Source: Nitrosopumilus sp. (lineage in GTDB: Archaea > Thermoproteota > Nitrososphaeria > Nitrososphaerales > Nitrosopumilaceae). From it: 64,000 nucleotides of DNA. The stretch covers positions 1,728,001 to 1,792,000 of the forward strand of contig OZ242186.1 in NCBI GenBank assembly GCA_965205675.1. The letters run 5' to 3'. This document shows, piece by piece, positions 30,906 to 41,762 of the stretch. Position 1 is the first letter of the stretch. The number at the start of each line of letters is the position of its first letter. The translations under genes and the position numbers were made by a program. The notes below the pieces were generated by a model. That model made no database searches. It was not told the origin of the DNA and saw only the letters and a program-made list of their open reading frames with translations.

Positions 30906-31769
30906 ATGAAGAATTTGAAAAGTATGTTAAAATCAAAAAAACCACTTGTTATACCAGGTGTTTATGATGCATTAGGTGCAAAAATTGCTCAAAAAGTAGG
31001 ATTTGATGCGATGTTTCAAACAGGATATGGGACATCTGCGACATTATTTGGAATGCCAGATTATGGATTCATAGGTGCTACTGAAACTGTAGATAATGCC
31101 AGAAGAATTTGTAGAGCAGTATCAATGCCAGTTATTGTTGATGCAGATACAGGATATGGGAATGCATTAAGCGTATGGAAATTGGTAAAGGAGTTAGAAT
31201 CAGCAGGTGCATCAGGTATATTCTTAGAGGATCAAAAATGGCCTAAGCGATGTGGACATATGCAAGGAAAAGACGTAATTTCACAAGAAGAATATACTGA
31301 AAAATTATCAGCAGCAGTGGACGCAAGAGAAAATAAAGATTTCATTATTGTTGCAAGAACAGATGCAAGAGCAACAAAAGGGTTAGATGAGGCAATTCAA
31401 CGTGGAAAACAAAACAAGAAAACAGGTGCAGATGCAGTTTTTGTCGAAGCTCCAAGATCAATAAATGAAATGAAAAAAATAGGAAAAGAGATCAATTCAC
31501 CACTAGTTGCAAATATGATTGAGGGTGGGAAAACTCCACCAAGTTCTGCTGAAACGTTAAGTAAAATGGGATTTAACATAATTCTGTATCCATTATCAGT
31601 TTTGTATGCAAATACATTTGCAACAATGAAGATACTTACGGAATTAAAAGAAAAATGCAATACTGCAAAGTATAAACAAATAGTAAACTTTGATCAATTC
31701 AATGACTTGGTTGAGCTACCAAAATTTAGAAAAATGGAAAAAAGATACGAAAAATTAAAAAGAAAATAA
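30906..31769 (+). CDS. prpB: Methylisocitrate lyase / ICL-PEP mutase family
   Basis: DADTGYG, IFLEDQ, KRCGH, ARTDAR. Confidence 0.8.
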   Translation: MKNLKSMLKSKKPLVIPGVYDALGAKIAQKVGFDAMFQTGYGTSATLFGMPDYGFIGATETVDNARRICRAVSMPVIVDADTGYGNALSVWKLVKELESAGASGIFLEDQKWPKRCGHMQGKDVISQEEYTEKLSAAVDARENKDFIIVARTDARATKGLDEAIQRGKQNKKTGADAVFVEAPRSINEMKKIGKEINSPLVANMIEGGKTPPSSAETLSKMGFNIILYPLSVLYANTFATMKILTELKEKCNTAKYKQIVNFDQFNDLVELPKFRKMEKRYEKLKRK

Positions 31770-31794
31770 ATAAAAAATTTCAAGTAAAGTACAG

Positions 31795-32082
31795 TTAATT
31801 TGTATTTCTCTTTACTTCAATTTCTATTGTTGAAACGTTTCTAGTTCTACCGTCTTGTGACTCTAGTGATTCTGAGCCAATTTTAATTTCTCCGATAGAG
31901 TAGCCTGCATTTTCTGTCTTTCTTGCAATAATTTGAGCTACATCTACAGCACGACCTATGCTGAGTCCTCTAGCTTTGATGTTGACGGATGGTAAGTTTG
32001 CCAATTGAATTAGCGTTGATGTTACATATGCCATCAATGGTTTCTTACCAATGAATACGGTGTCTCGAGTTTCAGTTGACAT
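31795..32082 (-). CDS. albA: Chromatin protein Alba
   Basis: IGKKPLMAYV, IKARGLSIGRAVDVA, NVSTIEI. Confidence 0.93.
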   Translation of the reverse strand: MSTETRDTVFIGKKPLMAYVTSTLIQLANLPSVNIKARGLSIGRAVDVAQIIARKTENAGYSIGEIKIGSESLESQDGRTRNVSTIEIEVKRNTN

Positions 32083-32197
32083 ATAAAATTCAGTATTTAA
32101 GGATAATTTAAAGCTAAAAGGGTATTTTCGAATTAAATGAAAAAAAATTGAAACAAATTAATCAATATTAACTAGAAAAAAGGAATATAGTCAGAAC

Positions 32198-32734
32198 TTG
32201 GAAAATATTTCAAAAGTTTTAGAATTGGGGAATAGTGAAGAAAAAATCAAAATTTTGAAAGGTTTGAATGATATAGACGATCTACAAATATTAGAAAAAG
32301 TAATTTCAAAATTAGATGACGATGATCTTAGAGTAAGAGGAGAAGCATTTAGTTTGCTTTTACTAAACAAAAATAAAATTTCAGATTTTTTAATCAACAA
32401 CTTGAATGCTACAAGTAAAAACATTAGAGGTTTTGTTTCACTTGTATTAGCAAATAGAAATGATACCTCAGCTATTCCAGAAATAATCAAACTTGCAAAA
32501 GATAAACACTCAATGGTTAGATCATGTGCACTTGGAGCATTAGGTCACCTAAAGGCCATAGAAGCTAAAGAAGTTTTTCTTGCAGGATTATTAGATTCCA
32601 ACATAGAAGTCAAGAAAAGTGCATTACAAGCAGTGATTGATCTGAAAATTACAATATCAAAAGAAAAAATTAATGACATTTTTAAAGAAAAAGATTCTGA
32701 AATAAAAAAAATGATTTTGTTAATCAGTAGATAG
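32198..32734 (+). CDS. HEAT/PBS-repeat protein
   Basis: Repeated LDD....VRGEA, MVRSCALGALG, LDSNIEVKKSALQA units; last codons derive from an ISH3 TIR. Confidence 0.85.
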   Translation: MENISKVLELGNSEEKIKILKGLNDIDDLQILEKVISKLDDDDLRVRGEAFSLLLLNKNKISDFLINNLNATSKNIRGFVSLVLANRNDTSAIPEIIKLAKDKHSMVRSCALGALGHLKAIEAKEVFLAGLLDSNIEVKKSALQAVIDLKITISKEKINDIFKEKDSEIKKMILLISR

Positions 32735-33430
32735 GAAAGTGCTCAATTTAGATCAAAAAATAACGATCATTTCCTCAAATTATTCAGATAGAAAAAGCTT
32801 GCTGAAAGTGTGCAGTTCCATCAAATATGAATCAGCATACTATTACTAGCACTGCACACCGATACGATATCTCACAGCAGACATTTGAAAAGTTACATCA
32901 AACATTCTACTACACTGTTTTGTCATTTGGATTCTCTACCATATACAATTCAAAGTATGGATTACCAAATATGATAAATGCACTAATTGCCATTTGCATT
33001 GGAAATTCGTATGCAGAATCCACGATTAAAAAGACTGGAAATAGAGTCGCATCTCAAAAAGGCACCATCAAATTCTTAGTTGATTGACTCAATTAAGAAA
33101 ATCCCAGAACAAAACATGATGGTGATTCAGATAATGGATGCAATATATAGATGGCACAATACAAGACCTCAAAAAGATCGGAATGTTTGCAGAACCCGTC
33201 ACTGTTGCAATTGACAAGCATCTCAGTCCAAGATATGACAAGAGTTCAGATGAGTTTGCAGATAAAATTGATGGCGAAAAAGTATAACGCATTTTGAGAG
33301 ATACTGTACGATGAGTAATGTAACAGAATCCTGCAGAGCCTGTCTTGGTGCATTACATGCTCACACCACACGAGTCAAACTCTATTTTTGTACGTGAATT
33401 GATTAGCAATTGCATCAAAAATGATACGTA
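32725..33430 (+). mobile_element. ISH3-family 5' remnant with frameshifted transposase
   Basis: CAGTAGATAGGAAAGT...CAATTTAGATCAAAA left end; CIGNSYAES and EPVTVAIDKHL homologous to the 23304 element. Confidence 0.85.
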
Positions 33431-33850
33431 CGTTACCTGTCCTACTCTAGAGAAGTCTAGACCGTTGTGATAGAATCTGTAAATGCTCCTTGCTCAAGTC
33501 AGGACATGCTCAAATTTGCAGAAATAGTGTGGTACAAAGCTGCTGCGATTGCAATGTTTGAAGTCAAAAAAGAGTGAATGAAATTATGATTAGAAAAATC
33601 CTTCGAGCCAACACTTGAGAGGGTGCTGATCCAATAGTAGAAGCAATTGGTAAGAAAATTATCTTTACTGTTCAAAATCAGAATAAAAACTATGCAACAA
33701 GTTGTCTTCAATACTAACTAAAGTAACAAATTAGGTTTTTTAAAATTAGTTTTCTTTTTTATTTTTAGATTATAACTTGAATACTTATAGTGTTGACTTT
33801 TATTTACCGTACATGATAACTGATGATTTGATTACATTCATAGGATTCCA

Positions 33851-35335
33851 ATGCTTGAAATCAATCCACAATTATCAGGATTTGAAGATATGAATAAAAA
33901 ATACATCGTATTGATTCCATTGTTACTTGCATGTGTAATTCATCTCATAAATCCAGTTGGATTTCCAGATGTTTTTTTTGATGAGGGAATATACATGAGA
34001 AGAGCAATGAATACAATAGATACCGGTAATCCTCAAGAAAGTTATCTGTATGATCACCCATATTTTGGTCAGATAATTCTTGCAGGTGTTTTACAGATTA
34101 CAAATTATCCACATAATGAAACTACAACTGATCCTACATCATTACAGAATCTATATCTTATTCCAAGATTATTCATGGGAATGATTGCAATATTGAGTAC
34201 TTTTCTTGTGTATCAAATTGCAAAAGAAAAATTTAGCAACAATGTTGCCTTGCTTTCATCTACATTGTTTGCAGTAATGCCATACACGTGGATTTTAGAT
34301 AGAATATTACTAGATTCTATACTTTTACCATTTCTCCTCACATCTATTTTGTTTGCAATTCATTTTGCAAAACCTCAAAGCAAAATGTACCTTGCTCCAC
34401 TTTCTGGGATAATGTTGGGATTGGCAATATTTACAAAGATTCCAATATTTGTTTTCATCCCTCTTGGATTTTGGCTAATTTTTCAAAAGAGAGAAAAATA
34501 TCAAGATATTCTGATTTGGATAATACCTGTATTGTTAATTCCAATGCTATGGCCTATAAACAGCATAATCCTAGATCAATTTGATTTATGGATTAAAGAT
34601 GTATTATGGCAGTCTGAAAGAAGTAGCAGTATTTTAGAAATCATAGGTTATTTCCTAGTAATTGATCCAATGTTATTTGTAATTGGGATGATAGGTATAG
34701 CATATGCTGCAATTACACGAAACAAGTTTGTCTTATTTTGGTTTGTCCCATTTATGGCATTCATATCATTGATTGGATTTAAGCAATATTTTCATTGGAT
34801 ACCAATAATACCGATTTTATGTATAGGAGCAAGTGTTTGGTTATTAGACATACCTAAAAAAATCAAATACGTTCAATCAAAAGCAATTCATAGAATAATC
34901 ATTGTATCCATTCTAACATTTGGATTTTCAAGTACAATGCTCATTATAACTAATGACATATCATACAACCAATTTGAAGCATTGTCATATGTGATTGAAA
35001 ATAAGAAAGAACAAAATACGATATTGGCAAGTCCAATATATTCTTGGATCCTTTATGACATATACAATATAGAAAACGTTCCATTAGACTATTCAGCAGT
35101 GTTATTTTACCCGATTGAAACTGAAAATATTACAGTTATTGCAGATTCGCATTTCATATTGGATCAAAACAGAGGTCTAGAAATTGTCAAAGCATACAAT
35201 GATACTGAATCCATAAAATATTTTGAAGGCCGAATAAATGAATTTAACACTGAAATATATCCATATACAAATATGAAGGTAACCCAAGAAGGATTCTCCA
35301 TAGATATCAGAGAAGGAAAATGGGATAAACCATAA
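33851..35335 (+). CDS. Glycosyltransferase family 39 (PMT/ArnT-like) membrane protein
   Basis: FFDEGIY, YDHPYFG, GLAIFTK motifs; many TM helices. Confidence 0.85.
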   Translation: MLEINPQLSGFEDMNKKYIVLIPLLLACVIHLINPVGFPDVFFDEGIYMRRAMNTIDTGNPQESYLYDHPYFGQIILAGVLQITNYPHNETTTDPTSLQNLYLIPRLFMGMIAILSTFLVYQIAKEKFSNNVALLSSTLFAVMPYTWILDRILLDSILLPFLLTSILFAIHFAKPQSKMYLAPLSGIMLGLAIFTKIPIFVFIPLGFWLIFQKREKYQDILIWIIPVLLIPMLWPINSIILDQFDLWIKDVLWQSERSSSILEIIGYFLVIDPMLFVIGMIGIAYAAITRNKFVLFWFVPFMAFISLIGFKQYFHWIPIIPILCIGASVWLLDIPKKIKYVQSKAIHRIIIVSILTFGFSSTMLIITNDISYNQFEALSYVIENKKEQNTILASPIYSWILYDIYNIENVPLDYSAVLFYPIETENITVIADSHFILDQNRGLEIVKAYNDTESIKYFEGRINEFNTEIYPYTNMKVTQEGFSIDIREGKWDKP

Positions 35336-35395
35336 AAATAAAAAACATATTACATGTTTTCATATAAATTCAAGAAATAATTATAAAAAATAAAT

Positions 35396-35745
35396 AAAAT
35401 TTAGGCATAATGCTTTACAAAAATAAAATCATTCATCAACAAAGCATTCTCTTTACAACCCTTGAATTCTTTATTTTTGTTATGCAGTTGTAATACATTG
35501 TCAGCTCGTATATCATTACACAACTCAATACAAATGATCTTACATTCTACAATCCTTTTACTGGAACTGTTCTAATTCCAAATTAGTCTTTGAATATTTT
35601 AAATGGAAGATCAATTGAGATTTTTCTATCAGAGTATACTTCTTGGCCTATTGTAGAATTGTAAAACTCTACAAACATGATTCTGTTTGGAGGAGTATGC
35701 GAGTATTGTTTTATTGAAGTAATCCATTTTAGATGTTTCTTGTTG
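35396..35745 (-). mobile_element. 3' remnant of the IS982/IS5-like element
   Basis: Minus strand ITSIKQYSHTPPNRI...RKISI...IRTVPVKG...YYNCIT, homologous to ORF 47343; TIR ATTTAGGCATAATG. Confidence 0.82.
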
Positions 35746-35747
35746 CA

Positions 35748-35867
35748 AACCAACTGTGACAATATACCTATTCAAATTATACATTGAGAAAATAATTGTT
35801 GATTGGTTTTGAGATAGAAAAAAATATCATTTGAAATACAAGAGATGAGTTACTTTCTCATTTACTA
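35748..35867 (+). mobile_element. ISH3 right-end remnant
   Basis: TGAGTTACTTTCTCATTTACT resembles the TIR at 24589; transposase C-terminal residues precede it. Confidence 0.6.
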
Positions 35868-36048
35868 CTTATAGAGTCAGATCAGAAAAGTTTGAACATA
35901 ACAAACTATTTTCATATAATAAATTTCAAATTTTAATGTCTTATCATCCATCAAAACAAAATACCCAAACAGATAGAACTAACTTGTAGCCAATGGTCTA
36001 TAGTGTGTGCAAAAACAAAAAAATAATAAAATAGAAGACAGAAGTTTT

Positions 36049-36144
36049 CTACGGGTTATCCTTTACAATGCCATGCAGTAGGCTCTGACATGTAACACGA
36101 CAATAGGATATTATGTCTGAATATCCCTCTTGTTCTGTCTTCAT
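36049..36144 (-). CDS. Small protein, 31 aa (MKTEQEGYSDIISYCRVTCQSLLHGIVKDNP)
   Basis: GC-richer ORF in AT-rich DNA; TTTATTA box ~25 nt upstream, oligo-T tract downstream. Confidence 0.5.
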   Translation of the reverse strand: MKTEQEGYSDIISYCRVTCQSLLHGIVKDNP

Positions 36145-36598
36145 TACATATAGAGCGTAATGAATAATAAAGCAGATCTAAGAAATAGTATAAATTTATA
36201 TATTTTTAATTTAATTTTTAAATAAATTTTAAGATTTTATCTGGAATTCTTTAAATTTCTTTTTCTCATATAGTATGACTGATGGGGTCTATCATACCTG
36301 TTGAGATTCAAAAAGAATGGACTTTGAGGAAAATAAACAGATAGAAAAAGGAAGACGTGGAAGGATAGAAGTATATCTAAGATTCATCTAGTTTTTCATG
36401 ATATCTCGTTTCCTATTTCGTCACGAATTAGATTTTGTTTATAATAAACATACATGATTCACCAGTAGGATCTATATACCAAGTTTACATAATCATATTA
36501 AATTGGAATTCTCACCAAGTAACTAATCGTTGTTGGTCTTAAGTTCCAATTTTTTATAATCAATAACCTTAATTGTAAAATAATGATCAACAAAAATA

Positions 36599-38182
36599 TT
36601 GAAAGAAACTATGTTTAGTGTTATAGTATTTTTATTAATTCCAGTAGCGTTTGCAGAAGAATATCCCGAACTGGGAGTACAGATTGAAACTGTAGCAGAT
36701 AATTTAACCATACCATGGAGTATTGATTGGTTACCAGATGGGACTGTTCTATTTACTGAAAGAAATGGAAATCTGAGGGTCATACAAGATGGAGAATTGT
36801 TAGAAGATCCTTTACTATCATTAGTAGTTGGAGGTGTAGAAGGAGGACTGTTAGGGATAGCAGTTGATCCTAATTATTCAGAAAATAATTACATCTATCT
36901 GTACTATACTTACAATGAATTTATTTCAACAACAAATAAGTTGGTTCGCTATCAACTAACAGATGGAATACTAACTGAGAATAAAATATTGATAGATGGA
37001 ATTCCTGGTGGACCATTTCATGATGGGGGACGAATTCAGTTTGGTCCAGATAGAAAACTCTACATCACAACAGGCGAAGCTGGCAATCCAAATTTATCGC
37101 AGGATCTAAACTCATTGGGAGGAAAAATTCTAAGAATTAATTCTGATGGAACAATACCTGATGATAATCCATGGAAAGATTCTGCAATATACACAATAGG
37201 GCACAGAAATCCACAGGGAATTGACTGGGATGAGGCAGGTAATCTTGTTGCAACAGAGCACGGACCATCTGGACTTAGAGGTTCTGCACATGATGAGATT
37301 AATGTAATAGTTTCAAGTATGAATTATGGCTGGCCTGACATTATTGGTAGTGAATCTCAAGAAAACCTGCAACCTCCAATCTTGCATACGGGAGATGACA
37401 CATGGGCACCATCAGGTGCAGAGTTTTACAATGCAGATAAAATCCCACAATGGACTGGAAAATATTTTGTTGCAACATTGAGAGGAAATCATTTGCATAT
37501 GATGGATTTTGATTTAGAAAACAACAAAGTAAATTCACATGAAAAATTATTTCAAAACGAATTTGGAAGACTGCGAGATGTACAAACAGGGCCTGATGGA
37601 TATCTATACCTCCTAACTAGTAATCAAGATGGAAGAGGTAATCCACAAATCAATGATGATAGAATTCTCAGAATACTACCAATGAATACAGTAATGAATA
37701 GTTTTGAGGATTGCGTAGCAGCTGGCAATCCAATAATGGAATCATATCTAAGACAATGCAATACTATAGATGGATTGCATTTTATAGAAAAAATAGAATT
37801 GTGTGTTAATGTTTCAAAGGAGAATCCAATACACATCAAAGTAGAAACTGAAGATACAAAAAATAGTACCGGAGTCAAAGTGGAAGGCTGTGTATCAGAA
37901 ATTGCACATTTTAAAGAAATAAACATCAAAGTGCTTGATCCCAACGGAGAATTTGTTACAGGTGGCACAGTGGTTCCAGAATCAGATGGTACTTTTGTAA
38001 GAATTTTTGAGCAAGAATTTTTAGTAGATGGAATATATTCTGTAATTGCTGATGCAAACAATGAATCTTTTGTAACAGAAACTTTTTCTGTTGCACCTGA
38101 ATTTGGAGGAATTGTAATAGTTATTTTGGCAACCAGTATTATTATGATAGTTATTGTATCAATAACAAGACTACAAATTTGA
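36599..38182 (+). CDS. PQQ-dependent glucose/sorbosone dehydrogenase family surface protein with PEFG-CTERM
   Basis: PWSIDWLPDG, GGLLGIAVDP, HDGGRIQFGPD, GHRNPQG, GRLRDV; C-terminal APEFG plus TM helix. Confidence 0.9.
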   Translation: MKETMFSVIVFLLIPVAFAEEYPELGVQIETVADNLTIPWSIDWLPDGTVLFTERNGNLRVIQDGELLEDPLLSLVVGGVEGGLLGIAVDPNYSENNYIYLYYTYNEFISTTNKLVRYQLTDGILTENKILIDGIPGGPFHDGGRIQFGPDRKLYITTGEAGNPNLSQDLNSLGGKILRINSDGTIPDDNPWKDSAIYTIGHRNPQGIDWDEAGNLVATEHGPSGLRGSAHDEINVIVSSMNYGWPDIIGSESQENLQPPILHTGDDTWAPSGAEFYNADKIPQWTGKYFVATLRGNHLHMMDFDLENNKVNSHEKLFQNEFGRLRDVQTGPDGYLYLLTSNQDGRGNPQINDDRILRILPMNTVMNSFEDCVAAGNPIMESYLRQCNTIDGLHFIEKIELCVNVSKENPIHIKVETEDTKNSTGVKVEGCVSEIAHFKEINIKVLDPNGEFVTGGTVVPESDGTFVRIFEQEFLVDGIYSVIADANNESFVTETFSVAPEFGGIVIVILATSIIMIVIVSITRLQI

Positions 38183-38192
38183 GGCACATATA

Positions 38193-38984
38193 ATGGAATT
38201 AAAAATAGGCTGTACTGGATGGAGCTATCAAGGATGGTCCGGTACATTTTATCCCAAAAATCTAAAAAGTTCAGAATGGCTAAAATACTATTCTCATCTT
38301 TTTGATATTACTGAGATAAACTCTACATTTTACAAAATTCCAGCACAAGAGATTGTAAGAAGATGGAATGCAGAGACTCCCAGACATTTCAAGTTTACAG
38401 CAAAATTCCCATCAGTCATTACGCATGAAAAAAAACTAGATAGAGTAAATTCAGAAGTCTTTTCATTTTTATCATCATTGGCTCCAATTCATGAAAAGAT
38501 TTCAGCGCTTGTACTACAACTGCCACCATCATTATCATTTGAGGAGATAAAACCGAGGCTAGGAGAACTCTTTGATTTACTACCCAAGGATTTTGTATAT
38601 CCAATAGAAGGACGACATAAATCTTGGTTCTCAAATAATGCAATAACATATCTGAGACAAAATAAACACTGTCTTGTATGGAATGCAGTTTCAGGAATAA
38701 ACAATCCAATGCCAATTACCTCAAACTATCTTTATGTTAGATTGATTGGAGACAGAACTATCCCATATTCAAAATTTGGTAAGGTTACACAAAACAAAGA
38801 AAAAGAAATAGCTAGTTGGGCAAAAAAACTCAAAGAAATAAAAGATATTCCATATGCGATGATAATGACAAACAATCACTTTGAAGGGTTTGGTCCTGCA
38901 ACTGCAAATTCATTGAGAATGCAGCTTGGAATGCGTGAATTGATTTGGGAAGAAAAGAAACAGAAAACACTAGGTAGTTTTTAG
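38193..38984 (+). CDS. DUF72 family protein
   Basis: IGCTGWSY, EINSTFY, LQLPPS, IEGRHKSW, YVRLIG, NNHFEG. Confidence 0.92.
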   Translation: MELKIGCTGWSYQGWSGTFYPKNLKSSEWLKYYSHLFDITEINSTFYKIPAQEIVRRWNAETPRHFKFTAKFPSVITHEKKLDRVNSEVFSFLSSLAPIHEKISALVLQLPPSLSFEEIKPRLGELFDLLPKDFVYPIEGRHKSWFSNNAITYLRQNKHCLVWNAVSGINNPMPITSNYLYVRLIGDRTIPYSKFGKVTQNKEKEIASWAKKLKEIKDIPYAMIMTNNHFEGFGPATANSLRMQLGMRELIWEEKKQKTLGSF

Positions 38985-38989
38985 AAACT

Positions 38990-39200
38990 AAACTAAACTC
39001 TGGAAAAAATGATAATTGGCAACTATCAACTAATTGCATTAAATTCTACTGCAAGCTACAGAATAACAAAACATGGCAGCTTCAAGACAACTCTGTTTGG
39101 AGGAGAATCTATAGTTATGGAAATTGGAAGTCATGGTGTACTGTATATATTCAAATCAAAAATGTCATGGAATTTGTACGTTCTATAATTCCATTCTTGT
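38990..39200 (+). pseudogene. 3' fragment of an AIM24/TIGR00266-family gene
   Basis: YRITKHGSFKTTLFGGESIVMEIGSHGVLYI resembles the AIM24 C-terminus; no 5' part present. Confidence 0.55.
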
Positions 39201-39216
39201 CTAAAAGAAACTAGTA

Positions 39217-39942
39217 TCAAATAGAAATATCTCTATCAGAACCATATGATCTCTTTTCTGGAACGTCATGAACATCAAGGGACGCCAAATATCTCAGCTG
39301 TTCTGAGTGTAATTTGTCACTACCAAATGATATCAAGATTCTATCATTGTGATTAATCTCATAAGATAAAATATCAGACATCGTTTTTCCATTTACCATG
39401 AAAACAAGGGAGTTTTTCTCATCAGCACAAAATGCTTCATCAGATATTGCATCATTTGTACCCAATACAATACAATTCTGACTAACCTCTATCTCAAATG
39501 ATGAAAACAACATATCTAGGGGTACGCCAGTCGCATGCTTGTGAATCTGGTATGGGTTGTGGTTCTCAAAATGAATATACTTGCTTTGTAATTGAAACTG
39601 TGGTAATCCAAAGTTTATCTTATCTCCTTCCACAAAAACTGCAATTGCAGCATGTGCATGATTACTACCAAGTTGACCAACATTATACTTTATAGCCATT
39701 TTTTGTTCTGCAGTCTTAAATGATGTATTATCCATAATTTGAGAATTAATCTCATTTTGGTTTACAAAGTAATATGAAAACACGCCAGCTGATACCAAAA
39801 TAAAAGCAACTACTGCCAACATCAGGATTCTACTTTTGGGTTTTGTCTCCACTGGTGAAACAAAATATGCAGCATCACTCTCATCTGCTCTCCCTGGAAG
39901 AGAATAATCCGAGTTCTCATTAGGCAATGCACTATCAGACAA
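39217..39942 (-). CDS. Membrane-anchored His-rich hypothetical protein
   Basis: One TM helix; HAHAA, YIHFE, IHKHATGV, DRILISFG. Confidence 0.75.
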   Translation of the reverse strand: MSDSALPNENSDYSLPGRADESDAAYFVSPVETKPKSRILMLAVVAFILVSAGVFSYYFVNQNEINSQIMDNTSFKTAEQKMAIKYNVGQLGSNHAHAAIAVFVEGDKINFGLPQFQLQSKYIHFENHNPYQIHKHATGVPLDMLFSSFEIEVSQNCIVLGTNDAISDEAFCADEKNSLVFMVNGKTMSDILSYEINHNDRILISFGSDKLHSEQLRYLASLDVHDVPEKRSYGSDRDISI

Positions 39943-40064
39943 ACATTATTCATAATTCATTCTAGCTATAAATTTCCATAATGTAAAATTTAGATACAAT
40001 AACCTAGCTCTAACATGACTAGATTTGAAAATCATTTCATTAAAGCATCACTATACTATACCAT

Positions 40065-40262
40065 CTAGACACCAAATGACTTGAATTTTTCACATTTTGG
40101 ACAATTCGTTCCTCTAGTTTCTGTGCCACATTTTTTACAGTACACATCAATTCCTACTATTTCACGTGAACCTGTTTTTGATATTTTGACAATCAAAATA
40201 ATCACTAGTAAAACACCTAAGACAATTCCAATATATGCAAGTACCATACATTCTATATGCAT
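40065..40262 (-). CDS. Small membrane protein with Zn ribbon
   Basis: TM helix plus CKKCG...CPKC. Confidence 0.65.
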   Translation of the reverse strand: MHIECMVLAYIGIVLGVLLVIILIVKISKTGSREIVGIDVYCKKCGTETRGTNCPKCEKFKSFGV

Positions 40263-40282
40263 TCACATCTTAAAAATCAATT

Positions 40283-40492
40283 CTATACATTCAAAACATA
40301 TTGGTTTGCTAAAATTCTCTTAATATCATCAATGTATTGTCGTCTTGTACTACCAACAAATCCCCAACGTAACTCCATAGCCTCTTCTGACACTTGATAT
40401 ACCAAATCAATTTCTTCTTTTGCATCTAGTTCTTTTTCTGCAATAACTAACAGTTCTTGCAGGCAAGTTTTTCTCTTCATGTGTGGGTACAA
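40283..40492 (-). CDS. Small hypothetical protein
   Basis: 69-aa ORF; start uncertain, possibly 5'-frameshifted. Confidence 0.55.
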   Translation of the reverse strand: MYPHMKRKTCLQELLVIAEKELDAKEEIDLVYQVSEEAMELRWGFVGSTRRQYIDDIKRILANQYVLNV

Positions 40493-40673
40493 CTGCCCAT
40501 AGATTACACAATTCCATCATGATCTAAAAATATCACTATACACTTATCATTTATCTATATTCTGAATCACAAATCACATCAAAAAGATCCTTTATAATGA
40601 TATACAATTTTTTTGGAATATAGTTTATTTGGCTAATATTGAAGAAAGCATTGTAGATGTGTAGAATATTATT

Positions 40674-41234
40674 TTGAATATAGTAAAAAGTGCTGAATTA
40701 TTTGCAAAAAACAAACATGCAGGACAATTCAGAATAGACGGAATTATTCCATACTCTAAACACTTAGAAGATGTTGTAAATAGACTCAAAAGTTTGGGCG
40801 TAATTGATGAGCAAATATTTTGTGCAGGATGGCTACACGATGTAATTGAAAGTACAGAAACAACTTTTGATGATTTGTATGAGCAATTTGAAAGTGAAAT
40901 TGCAGTGTTGGTATCCTCCATATCAAAAGACATGTCATTATCTAGGAAAAAAAGAAATCAAGCATATACAATTCAACTCAAAGAATCATCGTTTGGTGCA
41001 AAACTAATCAAACTGTGTGATATTTCTGCAAACTTGAGTGAGTTGAAAACCTATCAAGCATCAAAATCAAAGAAGATACGACTAGTAAAGCAACAAAGAT
41101 ACTATCTTAGTATTATCAAAAATGATCTCATTGGGAATCCAAACTATCCATATGTCCAATCTTTAATAGATAGTGCCAATGTAATTTTTAGAAAATTTAA
41201 CCAGAGACCAATATCATTTCGAGTAAAATCCTAA
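40674..41234 (+). CDS. HD-domain hydrolase, RelA/SpoT-HD (Mesh1-like)
   Basis: FAKNKHAGQFR..GIIPYSKH, AGWLHDVIE, IKLCD. Confidence 0.85.
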   Translation: MNIVKSAELFAKNKHAGQFRIDGIIPYSKHLEDVVNRLKSLGVIDEQIFCAGWLHDVIESTETTFDDLYEQFESEIAVLVSSISKDMSLSRKKRNQAYTIQLKESSFGAKLIKLCDISANLSELKTYQASKSKKIRLVKQQRYYLSIIKNDLIGNPNYPYVQSLIDSANVIFRKFNQRPISFRVKS

Positions 41235-41290
41235 AACCAGTCTCAAAATTTACTCTATAATCTTAAATCTACAAATTTTATAGATAACAC

Positions 41291-41698
41291 ATGACTGAAA
41301 ATAAAAATTCTGATGATTATAGCGTATTTGAAGAGATAAGCAAAAAATATTTCTTAGAAGTTGAACATACAGTTCCACACATTCAGCAAACACTATTTGA
41401 TTTACAAAACGAATACTACAAGTCAGTAAAGCATGCAGTTGATGCAAACATCAAACTATGTCAAGAATTCCTATCTGACTCTGGATTCAAACTACCACAG
41501 GCAGCAAAAGATATCATAACAAACATGGGCGAAGAATCTACAAAGTGTCGCTCAATGTACAACAAACTCGCAATACAAAATGTAGAATATATCAAAAATA
41601 ATGTAAAGGCCTGGAATGATAATGCAGATGCAATAGTAGAGATGAATCATAGAATCCTACGCTATTGGTTCTCTGTATTTTCTAAAAATACAAAATAA
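41291..41698 (+). CDS. Hypothetical helical protein
   Basis: 135-aa ORF with TATA-like box upstream. Confidence 0.7.
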   Translation: MTENKNSDDYSVFEEISKKYFLEVEHTVPHIQQTLFDLQNEYYKSVKHAVDANIKLCQEFLSDSGFKLPQAAKDIITNMGEESTKCRSMYNKLAIQNVEYIKNNVKAWNDNADAIVEMNHRILRYWFSVFSKNTK

Positions 41699-41762
41699 CT
41701 CATATTTTGATAAGAACTCTCACAGAAATATCTAAATCACAATCATTTGGAAACTAGTTATC

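Noticed and set aside
33430-33790. Possible further IS or gene remnant
   Set aside because: Coding-like composition but no motif or end I could assign
36033-36142. Riboswitch or ncRNA bounded by the GAAGACAGAA inverted repeat
   Set aside because: No recognisable aptamer; better explained by the small minus-strand ORF
37624-38247. 207-aa minus-strand ORF
   Set aside because: Antisense shadow of the PQQ dehydrogenase gene; no motifs
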